Source: an uncultured bacterium
Lineage (GTDB): Bacteria > Myxococcota_A > Polyangia > Polyangiales > Houyiibacteriaceae
Assembly: GCA_937998345.1 (NCBI GenBank)
Contig: CALLDH010000053.1
Span: 1-40,690, forward strand
DNA: 40,690 bases
Direction of reading: 5' to 3'
Made by a program: the position numbers and the translations under genes. Below are positions 33,737 through 40,690 of the stretch, piece by piece. Position 1 is the first letter of the stretch. Every line of letters begins with the position of its first letter. The notes under the pieces are model-generated. The model did no database searches and was not told where the DNA came from. It worked only from the letters and a program-made list of their open reading frames with translations.

Positions 33737-35371
33737 ATGGTTCGTCTCATCCGCCAATCGAAGGAACCGACGCCCGACCGCGATGATCGCGGCTGGGGGT
33801 TGCTGCCGAGCGCCCTTTGGGACCTGGACTTTCGGGGTCCACTGGAATGGATCGAAGCACAGGGCTGCCGCAATGCAGATGAGTTCAAGACCTTGATGCG
33901 AAACGACCCGAGGGCGCTGACCGAGTGCCTCAATCGAACGCGGGTCCATCGAGTGAGCGCAGGCGCCGTTACGTTGGTCGGCGCTTCGAGCGAAGAAGAG
34001 TGCATCCGTCGCTCGCTCGAGCTGCTGACTGCGGAGTCGAAAGCGGATTTCCTGCGCGTGCTGATGGCTGCCTTTCGCAACGAGCAGGACGTCCATCTCG
34101 AAACCGCGATCATGACCTGCGCGCATGAACCGAGAGACATTCGCGTGCACTGGCGATTCGTCGAAAGCGAGGGGGGCCGCTTTGAGCGGGCCATCGCTTC
34201 GGTCGTCGACATGACCGCGGAGCGAGAGCTGCAGCAGCGCCTGTTGTTGGCGGAGCGCATGTCCGCGATCGGTACGCTGACCGCAAGCATCATTCACGAG
34301 ATCAAAAACCCCCTCACCTTCGTTTGGAATCATCTCCGTTCGCTTCGCGAATCGGGCGAGGTGTCGTCCGACGAGGCAGCCGAGCTCCTCAGCGAGGCCT
34401 ACGAAGGCGCAGAGCGAATTCGCGTAATTTCCAATGAAATCAATGTTTTATCTCATGGCGGGGACGGCGCTGAGATCGAGACGGTCAATCTGAAACAGGT
34501 GCTCGATTCGGTGATCAGAATGGCGCAGCCCGAGATGCAACATCGGGCCACGGTGATCCGGGAGTATGAAGAAAGTAACCTGTACGTTCGCGGTTCGCGA
34601 ACGCGTGTCAGCCAGGTGTTTCTCAATCTGATCGTCAACGCAGCTCAGGCCATCGACCCGGGCGACCGAATGCAGAACACGATTACCGTCCGGGCGCGAA
34701 GCACCGACAAGGATCGCGTGTGCGTCGAGGTGCAGGATACCGGCCCCGGGATTTCGGCTCAGCTCCTACGGCGCATCTTCGACCCTTTCGTGACGACGAA
34801 ACCTGCCGGCCGCGGAACAGGCCTCGGGCTTTCGATCTGTCGCCGAATCGTGCACTCGCTCGAAGGCACGATCGAGATCCAAAGTCATCCAGGACAAGGT
34901 ACCGTGGCCCGTGTCGTACTGCCGAGAGCCGCACCCGCGCAGCGCCCGCTCACGGTGCCACCTCCGTCGATGAGCGCGATACGGCGCGCCGCCCGAGGCA
35001 GACTGTCGGTCTTGGTGGTCGATGACGAGCCCGTCATCGCGCGACTCATTCAGAAGGCGCTCGTCGATCACGAGGTCACGACGGCGCACGATGGGCGCGA
35101 GGCCGTCGCCCTAATGGGGCAGAACGCCTACGACGTCATTCTATGCGACCTGATCATGCCCGAGATGACGGGCATGGATGTCTATCGAGCTGCCCTCCAA
35201 AGAGCGACCCCCATGAACGATCGAATCGTTTTCATGACCGGAGGCGCCTTCACCCAGCGCGCCCGTGATTTCCTCCAAAGTGTGCCAAACCTCCGAATTG
35301 AAAAGCCTTTCGACCTCACCCACCTAGAGCGCACCATCTACGAAGCCGCCGACATCGTCGATCCCAAATAA
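33737..35371 (+). CDS. Hybrid sensor histidine kinase (PAS-like, HisKA, HATPase_c, C-terminal REC)
   Basis: H-box ASIIHEIKNPLT, NLIVNAAQAI, DTGPGI and GTGLGLSI. REC has VLVVDDE...ILCDLIMPEMTG...EKPF. Confidence 0.9.
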   Translation: MVRLIRQSKEPTPDRDDRGWGLLPSALWDLDFRGPLEWIEAQGCRNADEFKTLMRNDPRALTECLNRTRVHRVSAGAVTLVGASSEEECIRRSLELLTAESKADFLRVLMAAFRNEQDVHLETAIMTCAHEPRDIRVHWRFVESEGGRFERAIASVVDMTAERELQQRLLLAERMSAIGTLTASIIHEIKNPLTFVWNHLRSLRESGEVSSDEAAELLSEAYEGAERIRVISNEINVLSHGGDGAEIETVNLKQVLDSVIRMAQPEMQHRATVIREYEESNLYVRGSRTRVSQVFLNLIVNAAQAIDPGDRMQNTITVRARSTDKDRVCVEVQDTGPGISAQLLRRIFDPFVTTKPAGRGTGLGLSICRRIVHSLEGTIEIQSHPGQGTVARVVLPRAAPAQRPLTVPPPSMSAIRRAARGRLSVLVVDDEPVIARLIQKALVDHEVTTAHDGREAVALMGQNAYDVILCDLIMPEMTGMDVYRAALQRATPMNDRIVFMTGGAFTQRARDFLQSVPNLRIEKPFDLTHLERTIYEAADIVDPK

Positions 35372-35460
35372 GAAGGGCAGGCGCTCGCGCGGGGGTGGTG
35401 GGGCGGGACAGATTGCGGCCGAAGGCGTCCGGGGGAAGGTTTCAGGCTGGAAGATGACTC

Positions 35461-36843
35461 ATGGGTAGGCCCCGAATGATGGTAATCGGGCTCGACTGCG
35501 CCGCGCCTCGATTGGTGTTCGATCGGTACCGCGACGCGATGCCGAACTTGTCAGCCTTGATGGAGAATGGGACCTGGGGCTCGCTTCGAAGCTCGGAGCC
35601 GCCGATCACCGTGCCGGCCTGGACCTGCATGCTGTCGGGACGGGACGCGGGCGAGCTTGGACTCTACGGATTTCGGAACCGCATCGCGGGCGAGACCGGG
35701 CTCCGTGTGGCGGACAGCAGCGATGTTCGCGTCAAGCGGGTTTGGGATTGGCTGGGGGAGCACGGCTACCAAGTGGCCCCGCTCTTCGTTCCGCTCAGCT
35801 CGCCGCCAACGCCGGTGCGCGGGCAGATGGTGTCGGGTTTCATGTGGCCGGGCGGCGATGCAGCCTGGTGCTTTCCAAGAGGGCTCGAAGCCGAAATCGT
35901 CGATCGTTTCGGACCCTATCGCGCGGATGTCGAGAACTTCCGCGCCGATGACCTCGACCGCATCTACCAAGACATCCTGACGATGACCGAACAGCACGTC
36001 GAAGTCGCGGAACATGTCTGGAAGGCGAAGCAGCCGGACTTCATGATGATGGTCGAGATCGGCGTCGATCGCTTTCATCATGCGTTTTGGCGCCACATCG
36101 ATCGAGAGCACCCCCGGCATGAAGCCGGCAACCGGTTCGAACACCTGGGCCGCGAGTACTATCGGTTGCTCGATACTCAGATCGGAAGGCTGTGCGCCGC
36201 GACCAACGAGGACACCACGGTGGTGGTGGTCAGCGACCACGGGGCGCGCGCGATGCACGGCGGTTTCTGCATCAACGAATGGCTGATCGAGAAGGGATAC
36301 CTGGTGCTTCGAGAGGCGCCCGCCGCTGCGTCCCCGCTCGACCAGGCGCTGATCGACTGGAAGCGTACGACCGCCTGGGCCGAGGGCGGCTACTACGCCC
36401 GAGTGTTCCTGAACGTCGCCGGCCGCGAACCCCGCGGACTCGTCGCGCCCGCGGAGGTCCGCACCGTTCGCGACCGACTGCGCGCTGAGCTCGAGGACGC
36501 ATCGGACGAAGGAGGCAATCGAGTACCGACGTCCGTGCGAGTACCCGAAGAACACTACCGCCAAGCCCGGGGCTTCCCGCCCGACCTGATGGTCTACTTC
36601 GACGACCTGAAACTGCGCGCCATCGGATCGATCGGGGGCGGCCGCCTCATTGTCACTGAAAACGACGCCGGCCCTGACGGCTGCAACCACGACTGGGACG
36701 GGATCTTCGTGATGAGCGGCGGAGGAACGACGGGACGGGGATACGTCGAGGGGGCGCAGATCTACGACGTCGCGCCGACAATCCTGGGGGCATTCGGGGT
36801 GCCAAGGCCCCCAGACATCTTGGGCCGGGACTGGACCCAGTAA
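35461..36843 (+). CDS. Alkaline-phosphatase-superfamily enzyme (type I phosphodiesterase / nucleotide pyrophosphatase family), paralog A
   Basis: MVIGLDCAAPRLV..., PPITVPAWTCMLSG (nucleophile Thr region) and VVVSDHGA (metal ligands). Confidence 0.8.
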   Translation: MGRPRMMVIGLDCAAPRLVFDRYRDAMPNLSALMENGTWGSLRSSEPPITVPAWTCMLSGRDAGELGLYGFRNRIAGETGLRVADSSDVRVKRVWDWLGEHGYQVAPLFVPLSSPPTPVRGQMVSGFMWPGGDAAWCFPRGLEAEIVDRFGPYRADVENFRADDLDRIYQDILTMTEQHVEVAEHVWKAKQPDFMMMVEIGVDRFHHAFWRHIDREHPRHEAGNRFEHLGREYYRLLDTQIGRLCAATNEDTTVVVVSDHGARAMHGGFCINEWLIEKGYLVLREAPAAASPLDQALIDWKRTTAWAEGGYYARVFLNVAGREPRGLVAPAEVRTVRDRLRAELEDASDEGGNRVPTSVRVPEEHYRQARGFPPDLMVYFDDLKLRAIGSIGGGRLIVTENDAGPDGCNHDWDGIFVMSGGGTTGRGYVEGAQIYDVAPTILGAFGVPRPPDILGRDWTQ

Positions 36844-36881
36844 CCGCGACACCCGCCAGTGCGAGCGCCAGCGCCATCGAA

Positions 36882-36914
36882 TTAACCCCTTGAAAAAGGG
36901 GACTGTCCCCTTTT
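36882..36914. terminator. 33-nt repeated double-hairpin element, copy 2, between the two AP-family paralogs
   Basis: TTAACCCCTTGAAAAAGGGGACTGTCCCCTTTT. It matches copy 1 (7897..7929) at 32 of 33 positions; the single C/G difference lies in the loop of the first hairpin. Confidence 0.7.
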
Positions 36915-36932
36915 ATTTCGCGCTAGGCTCCG

Positions 36933-38639
36933 GTGGTGGCGGCGCGGGCTTTGGTGCTGGGATTGGATGGGTTTGATCTGGGGCTCGTCCAGCAGTTCGG
37001 CCCAGAGTGCCTGCCCAACCTGCACACCCTCATGGCGCGCGGTGTCTTCGCAGCGCTCGAGTCCGTACAACCCCCGGCCACCCTTCCCAACTGGACCACC
37101 TTCCTCACCGGGGTTGACCCGGCTCGCCACGGCGTGTTCGATTTCACGACGCGTAAGGGTTACCGGGTGCGGTTCACTGCGGGGACGGCGCGAGAGGTGC
37201 CAACCGTGTTTCGGCAGCTCGATCGGCTCGGGCTTCGGTGCGCGTGTCTGAGCTTTCCGGCGACCTGGCCTCCCGAAGAGCTCGAGCATGGAATCTTCGT
37301 GAGCGGCTGGGATGCGCCGGTGGCGTTCGAAGCGGATCGCTCCTTCATGTGGCCGCGGTCGCTCTACGACGAGACGGTGCAGAGGTTTGGCGCCCCGACC
37401 TTCGACGACGTGGACGAGTTTCACGCCGATGCGCCCGGATGGGTCGACCGCTTGCCCCATGCACTCGAGCAGCGAGTCGCGCGCAAGACCGACTGGGCTC
37501 GATGGTTGTTGGAGCGACAGGATTGGGACGTCTTTGCAGTGTATTTCGGCGAAAGCGATACGGCGTCCCACTACCTGTGGGCGCATTACGACCCTGAATC
37601 GCCGCGCCGGCCCCTCAGCGTCTCGACGGAACAGCGGCGTGGCCTCCAGCGTGTGTACGAGGCACTCGACCAGGCGGTCGGCTCGCTTTTGGAGGCCGCG
37701 GGCGGGGACGCGACCGAAATCACGGTGCTCAGCGACCACGGGTCCGGTGGCTCATCAGACAAGGTGCTGTATCTCAATCGCCTGCTGGCCCAACACGGCT
37801 TGCTTCGGTTTGCAACGCAGCGCGGCCGGGGCGGCGCTCGATTGAAGGAAATCGCGCTGAGGCACTTTCCGCCTCGCCTTCGCGAGCGGCTCTTTCGCAT
37901 CGGTAACGCCTGGCTCCCGAGCCGCTTGGAGTCGAACGTGCGATTCGGGGCGATCGACATGCGAAACACGCTCGCGTTCAGCGACGAGCTGAACTACTTC
38001 CCGGGCATCTATCTCAACCTCGCTGGGCGGGAACCGCAGGGCAGAGTTCAACCCGAGCAGAAGCGCGAAACCATTCTACGAGTTCGCTCGGCATTGCTCG
38101 ACACGCGCGACCCATGGAGCGGAAAGCCGGTGTTTCGAGATCTAGTTCCGCGCGAAGAGCTCTTCGAAGGGCCGCATTTGGATCGCGCGCCGGATCTCCT
38201 CCTGGATCTCCACCTAGACAACGGTTTCTCTTACAACTTGATGCCAAGCTCGCCCCCGCCGCGGCGAAGCCGCCTTACGGGGCCCCAACCCAGCAGCAGC
38301 CCCTTCAGAAAGCTCACTGAACACGAGAAGCTCGGAAAAAAGGGCCGAAGCCTCCCCGGCAGCCATCGATCGCACGGATTCATGACGCTGGCCGGACCGA
38401 GCGTGCGGGCCGCGGGGCAGCTCGATGCACACATCGCAGATATGACCGCGACGCTCCTCTCGAGGCTGGGTCTCTCGGTCCCGCCTTCCTTCAAAGGGCG
38501 GGTTCTTTGGGAGGCCCTATGCAACGACCGAGACGCATCGGCACAGGCGCTCCCGAAAGCCAGCCCCGTCACGTCACGCGCAACCCGAAACGAGGGTCTC
38601 ATCGAATCGCGGCTCCGCGCACTGGGGTACATCGAGTGA
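36933..38639 (+). CDS. Alkaline-phosphatase-superfamily enzyme (type I phosphodiesterase / nucleotide pyrophosphatase family), paralog B
   Basis: LVLGLDGFDLGLV, PPATLPNWTTFLTG and ITVLSDHGSG. GTG start. About 110 aa longer than paralog A. Confidence 0.8.
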   Translation: MVAARALVLGLDGFDLGLVQQFGPECLPNLHTLMARGVFAALESVQPPATLPNWTTFLTGVDPARHGVFDFTTRKGYRVRFTAGTAREVPTVFRQLDRLGLRCACLSFPATWPPEELEHGIFVSGWDAPVAFEADRSFMWPRSLYDETVQRFGAPTFDDVDEFHADAPGWVDRLPHALEQRVARKTDWARWLLERQDWDVFAVYFGESDTASHYLWAHYDPESPRRPLSVSTEQRRGLQRVYEALDQAVGSLLEAAGGDATEITVLSDHGSGGSSDKVLYLNRLLAQHGLLRFATQRGRGGARLKEIALRHFPPRLRERLFRIGNAWLPSRLESNVRFGAIDMRNTLAFSDELNYFPGIYLNLAGREPQGRVQPEQKRETILRVRSALLDTRDPWSGKPVFRDLVPREELFEGPHLDRAPDLLLDLHLDNGFSYNLMPSSPPPRRSRLTGPQPSSSPFRKLTEHEKLGKKGRSLPGSHRSHGFMTLAGPSVRAAGQLDAHIADMTATLLSRLGLSVPPSFKGRVLWEALCNDRDASAQALPKASPVTSRATRNEGLIESRLRALGYIE

Positions 38640-39832
38640 TTCTGCACGTCGCTTGCCTCCCCTTCCCGAGTTATCAGGGAACCCAAGCAGCGCTCGGGGC
38701 CATGTTGGAAGCCTCCGCAGGTATGGGTCGGCAAACCCAGGTGTTGACCTACTCAAAGGCAGCGTACGAGCTCGACCCGCCCTATGAGATCCACCGCATC
38801 CCAAACTTCCCCAAGGTGCGCTCGCTTCGCTCCGGGCCCTCCTCGGGCAAGGTCGCGCTCGACGCGCGGTGCATCGCCGAGACCCGCCGCCTGGCACGAC
38901 GTATTCAACCCACCGCAATCGTGGCCCATCACATCGAAGCAGCGCTCGCAGCGCTCGCGGCACGGGTCGCGCCCGTCTACTACGTCGCGCACACCTGCCT
39001 GGCCCGCGAGCTTCCGGTGTACTTCCCTTCCTTGCCAACCGGCTTCGTCAGCGGAGTAGCAAAGCAAATCGAGGAGCTCGTCTGCTCACGTGCCGCGGGC
39101 GTGGCCGCAGTCGCACCTTCGCTTGCCCAGCTCCTCGGACGGGGCACTCGCTACATGCCAGTCCCTTGGCCCCTTCCTGGAGCACCTGCCGCGGCACGCG
39201 ATGAAGCGCGCGCCGCTCTCGGCCTCTCCGCCGAGGCACACGTCTGCCTCTACGCTGGCAACCTCGACCGCTATCAGGGATGGGAGCACCTCATCGACGC
39301 CCTTGCGATCTTGAAGCGCGCAGACCCGGCATCGCGTCTCCTCGTGGCCACCGAATCCGACCCCACACCGGCCCGGCGGCGCGCCGAGCGACAACGCATC
39401 TCCGATTCCATTCACTTCTGCCGCATCAACGGCGAACGGGCTCGCCAGCTTGCCCACGCCGCAAGCGATCTAGCCTGGGTGCCCAGGCGTACCGAGGGCG
39501 GGCTCCCGATCAAGATGCTCGATGCGTTCGCCCGGGAGCTTCCCGTGGTGGCCATGGAGCGCGCGACGGCGGCGCTTCCGCTTGGGAACGCTTGTGTTGC
39601 TGTGCCGGACGACGATCCGGACGCCCTGGCCGCCGCGGCGAGGCGCTTGTTCGAGGACGATCGGGCCGCGGCCGCGGTCGCCCGCCAGGCGCGCCGATAC
39701 CTCGCGACGCATCACTCGGCCGAGGCTTACATGGTCGCGATGCAAGGGCTCCTCGGCGAGCCCGACGCTAGCCCGAGGGCCACGCGTCCCGCGCCGCATC
39801 GACGAGTTGTTCAGGCACCCCGAGCTCGCTGA
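38636..39832 (+). CDS. Glycosyltransferase family 4 (GT-B fold)
   Basis: ORF 38507..39832 trimmed to GTG 38636 (GTGA overlap with the upstream stop). VILHVACLPFPSYQGTQ..., and the EX7E-region VPRRTEGGLPIKMLDAFARELPVVA. Confidence 0.78.
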   Translation: MILHVACLPFPSYQGTQAALGAMLEASAGMGRQTQVLTYSKAAYELDPPYEIHRIPNFPKVRSLRSGPSSGKVALDARCIAETRRLARRIQPTAIVAHHIEAALAALAARVAPVYYVAHTCLARELPVYFPSLPTGFVSGVAKQIEELVCSRAAGVAAVAPSLAQLLGRGTRYMPVPWPLPGAPAAARDEARAALGLSAEAHVCLYAGNLDRYQGWEHLIDALAILKRADPASRLLVATESDPTPARRRAERQRISDSIHFCRINGERARQLAHAASDLAWVPRRTEGGLPIKMLDAFARELPVVAMERATAALPLGNACVAVPDDDPDALAAAARRLFEDDRAAAAVARQARRYLATHHSAEAYMVAMQGLLGEPDASPRATRPAPHRRVVQAPRAR

Positions 39833-40187
39833 GCTCTGCCAGAACGCACCATCTGTACGCATCGTGCTCTTCGGAGAGCACTACCTCACCCTCTTCGTGC
39901 TCTGCCCGAAAGACGATCACCGTCATCGGTTCACCACGACGAGAAGCCGCATAGGCCGTCACGGGCCTCGCCTGGACGCTCACGGTCAGCCCCGTCTCCT
40001 CGGTCACCTCACGGCGCGCCGCCGCGATCGGATCCTCGCCCGATTGCACGCGACCGGACACCGCCTCCCAGAGGCCAGGCCCCGCAGCTTGGCTAGCGGC
40101 CCGACACATCGACAGCATCCGATCACGGCGAAACACCAGCACCGTTACTGCGACCCATTGTCTTGCTTCTTCGCCCATCGCTGCCAC
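39768..40187 (-). CDS. NUDIX hydrolase
   Basis: Nudix box GRVQSGEDPIAAARREVTEETGL (GX5EX7REUXEEXGU). Confidence 0.88.
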   Translation of the reverse strand: MAAMGEEARQWVAVTVLVFRRDRMLSMCRAASQAAGPGLWEAVSGRVQSGEDPIAAARREVTEETGLTVSVQARPVTAYAASRRGEPMTVIVFRAEHEEGEVVLSEEHDAYRWCVLAELSELGVPEQLVDAARDAWPSG

Positions 40188-40281
40188 GCACTGTCAACAT
40201 ATGCGCTAACACGCCTTTTTTTGGATCCAAGTTGAAGCCAGCAAGTACCATTTTCTTCCCAGCTCGCGTTGGAAAGACAAC

Positions 40282-40690
40282 ATGGTCGCCCACTTGGACG
40301 AATCGCTCTCATACGCACGAAAACAGGCTCGTTCCGGCGTTCCACATCTCCTCCTCGGCAGGAAGCTCGACGTGGAAGCACCGGCGTTGGCCGAGCTCAC
40401 CGCTGCCGCAGCGGCGCTCGCGATGGGCGCAAAGCGCAAAGCCCTATTGCCACTAGCCACGGCCGCAGTCGAGTACGCGTTGGTTCGCCGCGGCGACTCG
40501 GTGCTGGTCAGCTGCTATGGCACCTCGAGTGCGCCGGTGGTCTACCAGCTCGATCGCGCGGTCCCGCTTCGTCTGCTGCTCGACACCTGCGCCCAGACGA
40601 TGCTCGAGATGGCAGCGCAAGAGCTCGACCCGACGGCCCGGCAGATCGGGGTCCGTGTTGCGGAACGAGCGCTCGCGACCAAGATCAAGC
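40282..40690 (+). CDS. Hypothetical protein, 5' partial (runs off the window end)
   Basis: Not in the ORF track because it has no stop. Hand translation from ATG 40282 is open to the window end: MVAHLDESLSYARKQARSGVPHLLLGRKLDVEAPALAEL...VAERALATKIK. Third codon positions are G/C-rich, like the neighbouring genes. Confidence 0.45.
   Translation, partial: MVAHLDESLSYARKQARSGVPHLLLGRKLDVEAPALAELTAAAAALAMGAKRKALLPLATAAVEYALVRRGDSVLVSCYGTSSAPVVYQLDRAVPLRLLLDTCAQTMLEMAAQELDPTARQIGVRVAERALATKIK

Noticed and set aside
33634-34333. Two minus-strand ORFs (219 and 214 aa) opposite the 5' part of the hybrid kinase.
   Set aside because: They are shadow ORFs. The plus frame runs continuously into the clear HisKA/HATPase/REC motifs.
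35551-37739. Long minus-strand ORFs (35551..36852, 433 aa; 36882..37739, 285 aa) opposite the two AP-family genes.
   Set aside because: The plus-strand frames carry the paralogous AP-superfamily motifs (TxPxWT, SDHG). The minus-strand products are Arg/His/Val-rich with no motifs.
38507-38635. The 43-codon N-terminal extension of the GT4 ORF.
   Set aside because: It lies entirely inside the 3' end of AP paralog B in another frame. The GT4 fold begins at VILHVACLPFP, immediately after GTG 38636, which forms a GTGA junction with the upstream stop.

Overview
This is a gene-dense, visibly GC-rich bacterial chromosomal window; third codon positions are almost all G/C, and long spurious antisense ORFs are everywhere. 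I support about 39 protein-coding genes and one tRNA-Ala(GGC). I see no rRNA, CRISPR array, integrase, transposase or phage genes. The domain repertoire suggests Myxococcota, but that is inference: an MJ0042-type zinc ribbon fused to TPRs, PilZ-like domains, a Hanks-type Ser/Thr kinase, a Lys/Ala-rich histone-H1-like protein, a CxxxDDDCDGxxDxGC lipoprotein motif and many TPR proteins.

The backbone is housekeeping. It includes xseB, ribF, rplU-rpmA, purine nucleoside phosphorylase plus cdd, zapA plus 5-formyl-THF cyclo-ligase, uvrC, pyk, a SMUG1-type uracil-DNA glycosylase, cysteine synthase, PhoH, BamD, YqgE/AlgH, a PlsC-type acyltransferase and a Nudix hydrolase. Signalling genes are interspersed: two sensor kinases, a REC-Hpt-pseudoREC-pseudoREC-degenerate-GGDEF protein, a canonical PilZ protein and a PilZ-like acidic protein.

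I cannot point to one unambiguous novel system. These are the items most worth a second look:
1. An 18-bp in-frame minisatellite family is shared by three unrelated genes and is used in both orientations.
2. A 33-nt double-hairpin element occurs twice, 29 kb apart, with one mismatch, plus a third copy of its core.
3. A lipoprotein/PDZ protein carries a polytopic domain that looks like a degenerate NuoH/ND1.
4. A 1189-aa protein combines a zinc ribbon, a DLPxP-motif array, a TM helix and TPRs.
5. A co-directional cluster encodes a hybrid kinase, two paralogous alkaline-phosphatase-superfamily enzymes and a GT4 glycosyltransferase.
6. zapA and 5-FCL overlap, leaving no room for the 6S RNA gene usually found between them.

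All homology calls come from motif recognition by eye. No searches or computations were run.
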